The notes beneath the pieces were generated by a model. That model searched no databases. It had not been told where the DNA came from and saw only the letters and a list, made by a program, of their open reading frames with translations. From the IMG/VR virus record IMGVR_UViG_3300044997_000299, positions 1 to 58,954 of that record: a DNA stretch of 58,954 bases; one strand, 5' to 3'. The position numbers and the translations under genes were made by a program. Below are positions 19,286 to 29,589 of the stretch, one piece after another. Position 1 is the stretch's first letter, and each line of letters opens with the position of its first letter. Source of the DNA: a virus (taxonomy: Duplodnaviria; Caudoviricetes).

Positions 19286-19303
19286 TTTAGCTCCTTTTTA
19301 TTC

Positions 19304-19765
19304 TTAATATGTATGCAATATATCCTCTGGATTATTGATTGTTGCGATGATTTCATCATCGTTTAAAATTCGAACTTCTCCGCCATCTATTTTGAAACGG
19401 CTTCCTGCATATCTTCCAAAAATGATCCATTGATTTTCTTTACACCACGCACCCAATGGAAATTTTTTTCTATCTCTGTAACAAAGAGATCCCATTTTTA
19501 AAACTAAACCTACAACTGTAGTTTGTTGAATTGTGGATTGTGTTACATCAGAATAAATTATTCCACCTTTAGTTTTTTGCGGACCAGAATATGGAAGAAC
19601 TAAAATTCTCCAACCTGTAGGTGTAGGTAATTTATCAATTAATTTTTCATCAAGAGATGATGAATCGAGATAGAGTTTTTCTACCTCTTCCTTGGTCTTA
19701 TATGCATTTAAGAGACCGTTTTCTTTCGAATCAGTCTCGGGCGCCTGAGGCGTTGTCGTCGTCAT
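19304..19765 (-). CDS. groES: co-chaperonin GroES
   Basis: PTGWRILV...KTKGGII...FGRYAG...RILNDDEI. Confidence 0.9.
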   Translation of the reverse strand: MTTTTPQAPETDSKENGLLNAYKTKEEVEKLYLDSSSLDEKLIDKLPTPTGWRILVLPYSGPQKTKGGIIYSDVTQSTIQQTTVVGLVLKMGSLCYRDRKKFPLGAWCKENQWIIFGRYAGSRFKIDGGEVRILNDDEIIATINNPEDILHTY

Positions 19766-19946
19766 TTAGCTCCTGTTTTTTTAACAAGTCCGTTAGGTCT
19801 TGTAGCAGATCATCAAGTGATCTGATTTGACCTATTATATATTGATATGTTGTAAAATTGTCAACACCTATGATAATTTTATCACACAACAAGGATCTTT
19901 TCTCTTTTATCCTTTTTTGAATGTACCTTAATGTATCAAAATCCAT
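19731..19946 (-). CDS. conserved phage protein upstream of GroES
   Basis: GVDNF..YQY..GQI..L motif. Confidence 0.7.
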   Translation of the reverse strand: MDFDTLRYIQKRIKEKRSLLCDKIIIGVDNFTTYQYIIGQIRSLDDLLQDLTDLLKKQELNDDDNASGARD

Positions 19947-19948
19947 AA

Positions 19949-20077
19949 TTACATCTTGTGAAATCTGCCTTTTCTTTTGTAATTCTTCCAGTTACATATA
20001 ATCTCCAAAACGTTATCTTTGCTATCTACAATTTTAAATATATGACCTGTTTCTGTAGAATGTATCCAATGTTGCAT
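19949..20077 (-). CDS. 42-aa hypothetical (not in ORF track)
   Basis: MQHWIHSTETGHIFKIV...; fills an operon gap. Confidence 0.4.
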   Translation of the reverse strand: MQHWIHSTETGHIFKIVDSKDNVLEIICNWKNYKRKGRFHKM

Positions 20078-20091
20078 ATAATCGTTAATTA

Positions 20092-20655
20092 CTATCTTTT
20101 TTTTTCTAGGCATATTTTATTTTCACCTTTATCTAATATTTCAAAATTATAATATTTTAAGCATTTAGATACTGTATCCATATCAAATTTTTGATAATCG
20201 TCAAAAACAAATCTTGAATTTATAATACTGCGTTCAGCAAAAAATACTGCTTCATTTAATACATCTTTTGTCATATGAGGACCGTCAAAATGAACCAATA
20301 TAAAATTATTATATTCTGGATAACGTCGCATAAATTCTCTATCTGTCATATGATATAATTTAAATTCTTTATAATCAGATAAATCTTTTTCTAACTGCAA
20401 TCGCATTTCATTTGTGTAATCAGCAGTGAAAGAAGGGGAATTGTCGTAATGTTGATAGTTTAAATTTCCATAGGGATCTATGCCGATGTGAGTATATTGT
20501 TTTGGACAGTTTAATCTAAAACCGTCCATTATAATTTTAGAACCAAGCCCTTCGCGAACCCCTATCTCACAAGTTAAAACGTTATCTGATTTTAATTTTA
20601 TGTTTCGTACCCAATTATCAAGTAAATTGTAATCTTTACTGTCACCACGGATCAT
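20092..20655 (-). CDS. class I SAM-dependent methyltransferase (Methyltransf_24-like)
   Basis: EIGVREGLGS, GIDPY, HFDGPH, VFDD. Confidence 0.85.
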   Translation of the reverse strand: MIRGDSKDYNLLDNWVRNIKLKSDNVLTCEIGVREGLGSKIIMDGFRLNCPKQYTHIGIDPYGNLNYQHYDNSPSFTADYTNEMRLQLEKDLSDYKEFKLYHMTDREFMRRYPEYNNFILVHFDGPHMTKDVLNEAVFFAERSIINSRFVFDDYQKFDMDTVSKCLKYYNFEILDKGENKICLEKKR

Positions 20656-20849
20656 TCAATAATTTTTTTTTCTCTAGTGACATGACCTAAAACAACACCT
20701 TTATGTTCACCTTCCTTTATCATATAACCATGCGTTCCATTACCATTAATTTCTACTTCTTTTCGACTTTTTAAAAGAACATTATTTTTTTCTTGAATTT
20801 TTTTTGTAATATAATTCTTTACAATTAAGTCTTTTAATCTTTCTAACAT
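20652..20849 (-). CDS. hypothetical protein
   Basis: 65-aa coupled ORF. Confidence 0.6.
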   Translation of the reverse strand: MLERLKDLIVKNYITKKIQEKNNVLLKSRKEVEINGNGTHGYMIKEGEHKGVVLGHVTREKKIIE

Positions 20850-21280
20850 TATCCATTCTCCTGATCTTTTGCTTGAGATCTGTTCGCCATTGTTCTAGCA
20901 ACAGATTCTGCAGATCTTCCTACAACATAACCACCAAGACCTATTTGCAGTAATGTCCAAACATCATCAGGTAATTCTACAATTATAATAGATGATTTAA
21001 AAAAATATAATATGAGAGGCCCTAAAACATAATTCCATATTAAAATAAAAATCAATACATACATTAATAATGGTCGCCAACTTGCTGCAAACCAACCTGC
21101 TTTTGCTTCAGCTTCAACTACTTTAGCAGCTGCTTGAAGTTCCGCTGTGTTAGATTGTAATAATTGAATTTGTAATTGTGCTTTTAATTTTTCTTGTAAA
21201 TCTTTATCGGTGACAGCTTTATCAATTGTATTGAATAATATTTTAGCTAATGGTGCGACAGCACCTAACATTTGAATCAT
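20849..21280 (-). CDS. holin (3TM GTA-type)
   Basis: W..SWRP + TM segments + LGGYVVGRS.E. Confidence 0.8.
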   Translation of the reverse strand: MIQMLGAVAPLAKILFNTIDKAVTDKDLQEKLKAQLQIQLLQSNTAELQAAAKVVEAEAKAGWFAASWRPLLMYVLIFILIWNYVLGPLILYFFKSSIIIVELPDDVWTLLQIGLGGYVVGRSAESVARTMANRSQAKDQENG

Positions 21281-21699
21281 TAAAATATGCCTTTAAAAAC
21301 CTTTTTTTTAACTTGGATTTCTTTCTGACCCATTGAAGAACCACCTTCTATTCCCATTTTATCATTGTGAATCATTCCGCCATCTTTCAAGCCTCGTGAC
21401 ATAGGACCTTTTTTAGGAGGAACTCCATATTTTTTGCCTCCGGATAATCCACCCATTTTCATTCCAGGTTTTTTTTCTTCCTCTTCTTTTTTTCCTACAA
21501 ATCCACTTAATGGCGCAATCATAGCAGCTGGATTATTTAAGGGTGTTGGCGCAGTAGATTTTTTTCCACCCAACAATGCTGAACCAGCCATTCCTGCAAG
21601 TGCTCCAATAGCTGCAATTTCTAAACCAGTCATTGCTTTTATCGGTTTTTGTTTTATTTGTTTTTTAGGCTTTTGGCCTTTTTTAGCTCCGCTCATCAT
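21280..21699 (-). CDS. basic GG-motif virion-module protein
   Basis: MKMGG, LKDGG, C-terminal KVFKGIF. Confidence 0.65.
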   Translation of the reverse strand: MMSGAKKGQKPKKQIKQKPIKAMTGLEIAAIGALAGMAGSALLGGKKSTAPTPLNNPAAMIAPLSGFVGKKEEEEKKPGMKMGGLSGGKKYGVPPKKGPMSRGLKDGGMIHNDKMGIEGGSSMGQKEIQVKKKVFKGIF

Positions 21700-21974
21700 G
21701 TGAATTTTTTATTGCTCATTGCCATTTGTTTATGCATTCGAATTAAACCACCGTCTGCTTTTTTCATAATGCCACCTTTTTTCTTAATGACACCTCTACC
21801 TTTTAAAATATCTTTCATAGTCACCTTGCCATCACCTGTTAAATCTGGAAAACTTTTTTTCTTTATTCGTCCACCTTCTTTTTTTCCAACTTTTTTGGCA
21901 GTAGAAGGAGTTTTTTTAATTTCTTTCATCATTTTATCTTTAGGACTTCTCTCTTTTGTAGAATCATATGGCAT
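21696..21974 (-). CDS. basic GG-motif protein with EF-hand-like DLTGDGKVT loop
   Basis: KEGG, FPDLTGDGKVTMKDIL, KKGG, ADGG. Confidence 0.65.
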   Translation of the reverse strand: MPYDSTKERSPKDKMMKEIKKTPSTAKKVGKKEGGRIKKKSFPDLTGDGKVTMKDILKGRGVIKKKGGIMKKADGGLIRMHKQMAMSNKKFT

Positions 21975-21977
21975 TTT

Positions 21978-24323
21978 TTACTCCTTTTTTTGCGTAGGTT
22001 TTTTTAAATCTTGTTTTAATTTAGCTTCTGCTATGTTTATTCTCTTTTTTCCTAATTCTTCATTTAAATTAAGTTTGTCCTCTTGTAAAGTCTGCTGAGC
22101 ACTGAACTTATTACGTTCAAAATTCATTTTTTTAGCTTCTTCAACAGCTTTTCTTTGAATATCCATGGCTTTGAGGTCTAATTCACGTTGTTTTAAACCA
22201 ATTAATGGGTCTTGCCCCTTCTGAGCATCAAATTGTGTCTCCATTTGAGCCAATTCTTGTGTCATTTTTGCTTGTCTTTTTGCCACTTCACTATCAAATT
22301 CAATGGCAAATGCATCTTCATCGCTTTGTTGAAGCTGTATCATAGCTGAATTACTTTGAAAGTCAGCTAAAACTTGTTGTTTTATTTTTAAACTTACATG
22401 TTCCATTAAATGACCTTGTAGTAATGCATAAACTTGAGGATTAATCTGCACCATTCTACTCATCATAAATGCCATATGGGCTGCAATGTGTGCATCATGA
22501 TCTTGTTGTGGAAACGCTTTCGGTAAAACCATTTGTAATGCACCTGTATTTTCAATAGCTGGATCTAATGGTCGAGGTGGTTCAGGAGGTGGTTTTAAAA
22601 TTCCATTAATATTTTTAACTCCAAGTGCTTCATACATGCGTCTGTAAGCTTCATGGATATTGTGCATCTGTGGATTAGTTTGAGCTAATTGCAATTCAGC
22701 TTGTGCAACTTGTATTCGTTGTGTCATAGAAAATATGTCAGGATCTGCCACTGGAATAATGTCTACTCTTCTATCAAAATCTTGAGCTTTAATTTTTCTC
22801 TCACCGCCATAAACATCGTATGGATACTCTGGTGGTAAATAATCTGCAAACACTTGTGCAAGAATTTTAAATTCTTGTTTCATTGCGTAATAACATCGTT
22901 TGTGGATTGCGGACATAACTTTTGAACCACGTTCTAATAATGCCATTGTTGTTCCAACAGGTGCTTGTTGATTCATGTCACCAATTTGCATATCAGCAAT
23001 CGAAGCAAATCTTTTTCCTGACTCAACACAATAATTTAACAAACTAAATAATGTTCCACTGGGTTCTTTGAAAGGAAGTAATTGAAATTGATCTTTTATA
23101 TTACCGCCCGGAGCATCTACATCTCTAAATTCACCTGGTTGCAGTGGCTCAGAATCATCTCTTATTCTCATTCCTCTAGATTTAAATCCAGCAGGTAAAT
23201 TAGATAATGTTCCCGCATCAAGTAATTGTCTTAAAGCTGAAGTTGCAGTTCTGGATAAACCACCAATCATATGAATTAAACCAAAGCCATAAAATCCTAA
23301 ACCAGGTAAAAATTTAAAATGAACGAAATAATTTTTTCTTTTTTTCATTAAATCATCAGGATTATAATTTCTGTAAATAGATAATACTTTTTGAGAATCT
23401 TCATCGATCGTTACGATATATGGGACTTTAATATTTCCCTCTTCTTCAAAGTTAGGTAAATCTAAAAATGTATGTACTTCAATTAAATTATAAGTATCCT
23501 CAGCTGTTTCAGGAGTTGGTGATATACCTTCTAGTTCATTCACTTTATCTTTTGCATCATTTTGAGAATAGTAGGGTTTTGGCAAATTAATGTCTAAATA
23601 CATTCCTGAAATTTGCATTTTTTTTAATTCGTTTGAATTCATTTTTACAACTTGTGTAATTCGTTGAGCATCTTGCAGATCTGTTGCATTATAAGGAACT
23701 ATTAAATCTTCTGCTGGTATAAATTTTGAAACTGCCCTCTGCATTAATTCATCGTAGTAAACTTTTTTAAATGCTGAACCTGCAAGTGGAAGATAAAATA
23801 ACATTTGATCAAAGTCAGGAGTATATTCTTCCATTTTGTCCATGAGCATATAATTCATGAAATCTTTTACTCTTTGAGCTTGTTGTATTTTTTCTTCTGT
23901 CTCTGCTCCAATAACCTCTGTTCTTACTGGGCCAGAGCTTGGTAGTAATTCTTTAATTGCTTGTGCTTGAAATTGTGTTACTGATTCTGCAAGAAGAGGG
24001 TGTGTTACTCCTGATGCTCCAATAAATGGTCTCGTTAAAGATTGATACTTGAATCCCAAAAGATCTAATCCTTTAACATAACCTTGAACCCAATCATCTC
24101 GTGAAGTTCTGTCATAATTTACTTCAGTAACTAATTGATATCCTATTTTTTTCAATTCTTGTTCATCTAATTTTTCTGCAAGATTTGCAAAAAAATTTTC
24201 CTGCTCTCCCTCTTCGGGTAAGGGCTCACCAGCTATGAGATTATTTTCTTCATCAATAACTGTAGTCACCGGTTCTGGAATAGTACCAACAGTTTCTTCA
24301 ATTTGAATATCTTCTTCTGCCAT
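21978..24323 (-). CDS. portal protein
   Basis: 781 aa; HPLLAESVTQFQA, LPLAGSAFKKVY, GLGFYGFGLIH, LLDAGTL.NLPAGFK. Confidence 0.9.
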   Translation of the reverse strand: MAEEDIQIEETVGTIPEPVTTVIDEENNLIAGEPLPEEGEQENFFANLAEKLDEQELKKIGYQLVTEVNYDRTSRDDWVQGYVKGLDLLGFKYQSLTRPFIGASGVTHPLLAESVTQFQAQAIKELLPSSGPVRTEVIGAETEEKIQQAQRVKDFMNYMLMDKMEEYTPDFDQMLFYLPLAGSAFKKVYYDELMQRAVSKFIPAEDLIVPYNATDLQDAQRITQVVKMNSNELKKMQISGMYLDINLPKPYYSQNDAKDKVNELEGISPTPETAEDTYNLIEVHTFLDLPNFEEEGNIKVPYIVTIDEDSQKVLSIYRNYNPDDLMKKRKNYFVHFKFLPGLGFYGFGLIHMIGGLSRTATSALRQLLDAGTLSNLPAGFKSRGMRIRDDSEPLQPGEFRDVDAPGGNIKDQFQLLPFKEPSGTLFSLLNYCVESGKRFASIADMQIGDMNQQAPVGTTMALLERGSKVMSAIHKRCYYAMKQEFKILAQVFADYLPPEYPYDVYGGERKIKAQDFDRRVDIIPVADPDIFSMTQRIQVAQAELQLAQTNPQMHNIHEAYRRMYEALGVKNINGILKPPPEPPRPLDPAIENTGALQMVLPKAFPQQDHDAHIAAHMAFMMSRMVQINPQVYALLQGHLMEHVSLKIKQQVLADFQSNSAMIQLQQSDEDAFAIEFDSEVAKRQAKMTQELAQMETQFDAQKGQDPLIGLKQRELDLKAMDIQRKAVEEAKKMNFERNKFSAQQTLQEDKLNLNEELGKKRINIAEAKLKQDLKKPTQKKE

Positions 24324-24324
24324 T

Positions 24325-24525
24325 TTAAAAAATTTTTGTTAATTTTAATCTAGCTAATTTTTGACCTCTAGAAACTATACCACCTGATTTTAATTTTACG
24401 CCGTATTTTTTCTTTTGACCCTCTAAACCTAGTCCTGTTTCTTGAACTTGGCTTAATTGATCTTTGATTGTTGCCTCTGCACTTGTACCTTTTTTAATAT
24501 AATCAGCTATAAATTTATCAAACAT
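24325..24525 (-). CDS. small GG-motif protein
   Basis: KLKSGGIV..G...TKIF. Confidence 0.6.
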   Translation of the reverse strand: MFDKFIADYIKKGTSAEATIKDQLSQVQETGLGLEGQKKKYGVKLKSGGIVSRGQKLARLKLTKIF

Positions 24526-27218
24526 TAAATTAATGGTACGAAGAACTCTCTTTTGACTTCTACCAATCCTCCTAGTTTATACCCTTTGCTTGGCGTTTTT
24601 TTCATGCCTTGTGTATCTATTACTATACTTTCGACATAATTTATAGGATCGTTATTGTCTACCACATCATAGTTTCTACCACCATATTTTCTAGAATAAT
24701 TATTTCTGTATATCTCGCTTTTAAATGCTCTAACAGGTCTCATCTCTACTCCTTCACGTTTTGTGCTTAATACCTTGTAAGGTTTTGTTGGATCAGTTAA
24801 ATACACTTTTTTAACGGATAAATTGCCTCCCATTTCTTTTACTATATCCTGAGCAGCTTTTGGTAGAACTGCTGTGCCTGATAATTTACCTGGATAAAAT
24901 TCCTCTCCTTGTTTATCAGGACCAGTTTTAATAGCAGTATTTTCTCTGTACTTACCGATGCCTTCAGGCCCTCCTTTAAAAACAATATTTTCATTTTTAA
25001 TTTTAGGATTTTTTTTGAAATACGGCATTAAATCTCCAGCCCCTAGACCATAAAATTGTTCTATTTTGAATTTATTATTTTGATCCAACTGAAAAAATTC
25101 TGCTGGGGCAAGGGCTACATAACGTTTGTTCTCTCTTTGAGCAGAATTTATTAAACTTTTTAAACTTAATTTAACCCAAGTTTCTTCTCTGCCCATTGGA
25201 AAATAATCATAAGATTTTTTATTTTGCCTAAATATTTCATTACCACTGTAATACATATTTACTTTTTGTTGCAATGTGGGCTCAGGTGCCTTAAAATCCA
25301 TGGTTATTAATTTTTGTCTTAAGTCTGTTAATTCTTTCATCTCGACATCATTCAATGGTCTGGTCGAAGCAATATCGGTATATTTTTTCATCTCATCAAT
25401 TATTTCTTGTTTTTCTCTTTTTGCAATTTGAGTGGATATTTTATTTGCAAAAGGATTATTTCTTACCATCATGTCGGAAGTTATACTTACAGGTTGATTT
25501 TTTTCTATTAAATCTCTAGCTTTGTCATTAATACTTTTAAAACCTTTACTAATATTTTGATGAGGATCTGATTGTAATTCAAATAAAAAAAAAGTATCTC
25601 CATACGAATCTACACCACGAACATCGTATCGTGTAAACGCTACTGGATTTGGTTCAGGAAAGTGTGATGTAAAAGCGTTTTTTGAACTTGAATTATTAGG
25701 TATTGGATTGTCATAAAAAATAACTTTTTCTCTATAATCAATGCCCCCTAATGGTTTAGCTTTAGAATGTCTTGGAGTTGGAAAAAGTTTTTCTATCTTA
25801 AGTGCCTCTGAATTTATTGCATTAATTTTTTGATAATATTCTTTTAAAGCTCTCACAGTTAAAGCTTTATTTTGTGGCAGATCAATTAATAATTGATCCA
25901 ACTGATTTATTAATTTTGTAAAAGTATCAGATTTGATTCCTCTTAAATCACTGGACATTGTGTCAAGTAAAGTTTCTGCACCATCAATATCATCTATAAT
26001 TTTTCCAAAAACTTCTCTGTTTAATGGATTTGTTGCAAATGATTTTTCAAGCAATATTTTTGTAACATCCTCGATTAATGGTTGTTGACTTTGTCTTATA
26101 TCAATTAATTTTTCTAATTTGATTGGATATTCATAATCTCTTATTTTCAAATTAAATGCAGGATTTGTTTCAAGAGAAGCTAATATTTCTTGTTTAGTAA
26201 TTATTGCTTTTGGACTTGTTCTGGATATACTAAACAATTCTCCACTAATAGGTTCCCCTTTTGAATTGAATGTTAATAATCCAGAATCTGCAAGCTCTTC
26301 AGATTTAACTCCTTTTGCTCTCGCATTTCTTAAAAACCCAATCCATTGATCGGCTGTTCCACGCTCAACTCCTGATTTTGCAATCACATCATAAGACTCA
26401 GAACCAATAAATTCTCTAACATGTTTTTGTTTTTCACCTATATTTTTTAATGAACCTTGGCCAAATGTAAGTGGATCGTTGACCGTGGTCATCTCTCTGC
26501 CTTTACTTGGTTTAGTAACGGCTAGTTCGTACTTTTGAATTAATTTTTCTTTTTCTTTTTCTACTTGTGCATACTCATTAAAAGCTTTTTTTTCACTAAT
26601 TAATCTTGGTTCATTTACATCTATTGCTCTAGTTCCAATAAGTTCTTGTCGTTGAGCTGTGGACAAATTTTGATATTCTCTTAAATTTTCTGCAAAGGTA
26701 TTTCTTCTATACTCAGGCAATCCTCTTACAAAAATTTCAAAAACAGGATCTCTTTGAATCATTTGCGAATGTATCTCTGAGTTAGCTTGATCTAAGGAAC
26801 TTGGTGATCTACTTGTTGTGACAGCGCTTTCAGTTGGTTGTGAAGATTTTACGACTTCATCAGTCTTGGATCCTGGGCCTATAGCTTCATACAGTTTTTG
26901 TAGACCACGGTTCGCGATCCGTGTTCCATAGCCCACGATTGGAATAGCACCTAGCACACCAAGACCTATTCCTAAACCTTGTGCAACCATATTAATTTTA
27001 TCAGGATCTTTAGATAAAATATTTTGAACTAAATTTCTTGCTTCATCTTGTGCGTATTGCAGAGACCTAAACTCACCAGTCACTGGTGCTAGATCATAAC
27101 CCAAGGACGCTATGCCAGATAAAAATTGCTGTTTGTTTTTAGCAACTTCTTCAGCGCTTAAAACATTTGCAAATTCCATTAGCGACGTATCAGGATCCTT
27201 GAAATCTTGTACGGCCAT
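24525..27218 (-). CDS. large putative internal/ejected virion protein
   Basis: 897 aa; N-terminal hydrophobic LGAIPIVG, GV..EEL..SG, SHF...FELQSD; ends GYKLGGLV. Confidence 0.55.
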   Translation of the reverse strand: MAVQDFKDPDTSLMEFANVLSAEEVAKNKQQFLSGIASLGYDLAPVTGEFRSLQYAQDEARNLVQNILSKDPDKINMVAQGLGIGLGVLGAIPIVGYGTRIANRGLQKLYEAIGPGSKTDEVVKSSQPTESAVTTSRSPSSLDQANSEIHSQMIQRDPVFEIFVRGLPEYRRNTFAENLREYQNLSTAQRQELIGTRAIDVNEPRLISEKKAFNEYAQVEKEKEKLIQKYELAVTKPSKGREMTTVNDPLTFGQGSLKNIGEKQKHVREFIGSESYDVIAKSGVERGTADQWIGFLRNARAKGVKSEELADSGLLTFNSKGEPISGELFSISRTSPKAIITKQEILASLETNPAFNLKIRDYEYPIKLEKLIDIRQSQQPLIEDVTKILLEKSFATNPLNREVFGKIIDDIDGAETLLDTMSSDLRGIKSDTFTKLINQLDQLLIDLPQNKALTVRALKEYYQKINAINSEALKIEKLFPTPRHSKAKPLGGIDYREKVIFYDNPIPNNSSSKNAFTSHFPEPNPVAFTRYDVRGVDSYGDTFFLFELQSDPHQNISKGFKSINDKARDLIEKNQPVSITSDMMVRNNPFANKISTQIAKREKQEIIDEMKKYTDIASTRPLNDVEMKELTDLRQKLITMDFKAPEPTLQQKVNMYYSGNEIFRQNKKSYDYFPMGREETWVKLSLKSLINSAQRENKRYVALAPAEFFQLDQNNKFKIEQFYGLGAGDLMPYFKKNPKIKNENIVFKGGPEGIGKYRENTAIKTGPDKQGEEFYPGKLSGTAVLPKAAQDIVKEMGGNLSVKKVYLTDPTKPYKVLSTKREGVEMRPVRAFKSEIYRNNYSRKYGGRNYDVVDNNDPINYVESIVIDTQGMKKTPSKGYKLGGLVEVKREFFVPLI

Positions 27219-27219
27219 T

Positions 27220-27951
27220 TTAGTAATACTTGGTTTTTTTTATTCTATCCTTTAAAACTTTACCATTACCTTTAACTACACCACCCTCAGAAAATCTTTT
27301 TGTAAAAGTTCCCATTACACTATCATACAATTCATTTACTTCCTTTTCTTTCATATTTTTCATCATGTCAGTGTAGCCTTTTTTTTCTAAAGTTTGTCTT
27401 TCAAAAGATTTAGGATTAGTCATTCCACCTTCTTTAAAATTAGCACTTTGCATCATTGATGTATCTGGATCTACAATAGGAGATTCAAACGAAGTTTTAC
27501 CACTTGCTGTTCCATAATAGGTGCTTGGTGTAATTGGAGGTTTATCTTTTTGATCATAAAACCCTTCTTTGAATTCGTTACGGTCTAAATAATTATCTTT
27601 CACTATTTTTTTTGGTTTTGTTTTTTTATCCACTTTTCCTCCTAATTGAAAATTTATTTTTCCTTTTACACCAAATCCCTCTTTAGAACCACTTAAGCTA
27701 ATGTTTCCTTGGCTCTCATTAAAATTTTTTCCAATACCAATTTGATTAATTCCTTTTGGACCAATTGCACCATACAGGTAGCTTGTGTCATTAGTATCGC
27801 TTCGTTTTGCTCCTATGATTGCTTCTGGTCTGTCCTTTGGATTAATGCCTACGCCAAAATCAAAATCAACTCCTCCAGCTGAACCTATTGTGGTTAATGG
27901 TATTGTTTTAGGTATTTTTTTTAATTCCTCTTTAATTTTTTTTCCGCTCAT
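27220..27951 (-). CDS. putative virion protein with beta-strand-rich N-half and GG motifs
   Basis: Amphipathic Gly-rich strands, then QLGG, KEGG, SEGG. Confidence 0.55.
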   Translation of the reverse strand: MSGKKIKEELKKIPKTIPLTTIGSAGGVDFDFGVGINPKDRPEAIIGAKRSDTNDTSYLYGAIGPKGINQIGIGKNFNESQGNISLSGSKEGFGVKGKINFQLGGKVDKKTKPKKIVKDNYLDRNEFKEGFYDQKDKPPITPSTYYGTASGKTSFESPIVDPDTSMMQSANFKEGGMTNPKSFERQTLEKKGYTDMMKNMKEKEVNELYDSVMGTFTKRFSEGGVVKGNGKVLKDRIKKTKYY

Positions 27952-28118
27952 TTTTTTTTTGGTTTTTTACCAGCTTTTTTCATCGATATAGCAATAGCTG
28001 CTTGTCTTGCTAAACCACCTTTTACTTTACCCAACCTTACACAATTAGGAACTAATTTATTTCCTTTTTTCTTCATTCCTTTTTGTTCGTATCCATGCCA
28101 ACAAGTCCCTCTAGCCAT
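27948..28118 (-). CDS. small basic protein (start revised to MARGTCW)
   Basis: CW.GY...GMKKKG..LVPNCV motif. Confidence 0.65.
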   Translation of the reverse strand: MARGTCWHGYEQKGMKKKGNKLVPNCVRLGKVKGGLARQAAIAISMKKAGKKPKKK

Positions 28119-29589
28119 AGTATTGATACTCCGCTGGTAATCTTGATTGTTTCTCTTCAACAAAATCATGTTGAGCACTGATAAAATTACCTTCTCGATA
28201 TCTTAACACAGCTTGAGTGGTGCTGTCGACTAGGTCATCATGATCTCCATTTGGAAAGGAAGCACATTCTTCAATTACTTCTAAGGCAAATTGTTTACCC
28301 TCTGGATAATAAACCATACCTGATGCAAAGATTGGTGCACAAGCGTTTACTCTAGAATGTTTATCCCTTCCTCTTCCAGGCACAAAATCTAAAACAGGTA
28401 TTCCCATTCTACGTAATTCTTGTATCAGAGGCATACCTGATGCTTTTGCTTCAATGACCACGGACTCTGGTTTCCAATAATTATATTGTTCTAACGCGAT
28501 AGATTTTAATTCTGGAAATTCATATCTACCTCTTATTGAGTCTAATAAAATTAAACATGTTGGAGAATCATCGTATGGTTTAAATATTCCCCAAGTTGTA
28601 ATCGCAGAATAATCTGAAGTTTCTTTTTTTGTAAATGCAGTATCATAGCTTTGTATAACATATTGCAGAGCAGGTATTTGTCCTTGCCAAGGAATCCACC
28701 ATTCACGTTTAATTAATGCACCTTCTTCTGCTGTTGGATTTTGCATATATTGTGCATTCCATCTTTTAGGAGGTATAGATGCTTTAACAGATTCTAATTC
28801 TTCAATACGCCAATACTCTGGCCATACAGGTTGTCCGCTGTCCAAGATTGCTGGAAATTGTATTACCTCCCAATTATCTGCTCTTTCATTTACTTGTGCT
28901 TTCAAAAGTTGTCCTGTTAAATCATTTGTTGCCCAGCGTGTCATAACAATCACAATCGCTCCACCTGGTTGTAAACGCTGACGAGGTCCAGACACATACC
29001 AGTCATAAGTTTTTTCCATAGCATTCTCTGACATGATATTTTGTTCAGTATGAGGGTCATCAATAATTAAAAAATCAGCACCTCTACCGGTTATTGCACC
29101 ACCGACGCCGGCTGCAAAATATTCACCACCATGATTTGTTTCCCAACGACCAGCAGCTTTTGAATCTTCTGATAAATCCAAATTATTAAAAACTTTTTTA
29201 TACTCCTCCCCCTGTATCAAGTTTCTTACTTTTCTACCAAATCGAAAAGATAATTCTGCGTTGTGAGAGACTTGCATAATTTTAGACTTGGGCAGGAGTC
29301 CCATGATCCATGCCGGAAAAAGATAAGAGGCAAACTCTGATTTTGTATGTCTAGGTGGCATGTTGACTATTAATCTTTTAATTTTGCCTTGAGCAACTTG
29401 AGTCAACTTATCCGCAATAATTTGATGGTGCCCCCATGTAGAAGGTTCCTTACCCTCTCTGCAAATAAAATCTGGCCAGACTTGTTTAACAAAATAAATA
29501 AAATTTTCTCTGGCTAATAGTATCTTTTGTGCCTTTAAAAGTTTTGCAGTTTTTTCTAATTTTTCACGAGGGACTAGCTCCAAATTCAT
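28111..29589 (-). CDS. terL: terminase large subunit (start revised to MNLELV)
   Basis: PPRHTKS Walker A-like, IIDDPH Walker B, SYDTA, IEAKASG, HDDLVDS nuclease motifs. Confidence 0.92.
   Translation of the reverse strand: MNLELVPREKLEKTAKLLKAQKILLARENFIYFVKQVWPDFICREGKEPSTWGHHQIIADKLTQVAQGKIKRLIVNMPPRHTKSEFASYLFPAWIMGLLPKSKIMQVSHNAELSFRFGRKVRNLIQGEEYKKVFNNLDLSEDSKAAGRWETNHGGEYFAAGVGGAITGRGADFLIIDDPHTEQNIMSENAMEKTYDWYVSGPRQRLQPGGAIVIVMTRWATNDLTGQLLKAQVNERADNWEVIQFPAILDSGQPVWPEYWRIEELESVKASIPPKRWNAQYMQNPTAEEGALIKREWWIPWQGQIPALQYVIQSYDTAFTKKETSDYSAITTWGIFKPYDDSPTCLILLDSIRGRYEFPELKSIALEQYNYWKPESVVIEAKASGMPLIQELRRMGIPVLDFVPGRGRDKHSRVNACAPIFASGMVYYPEGKQFALEVIEECASFPNGDHDDLVDSTTQAVLRYREGNFISAQHDFVEEKQSRLPAEYQYYG

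Noticed and set aside
715-27991. Short + strand ORFs in the track opposite structural genes (715, 2170, 3858, 3952, 7628, 10839, 17655, 19040, 19958, 21434, 21649, 27785)
   Set aside because: Antisense to well-supported - strand genes; no recognisable motifs
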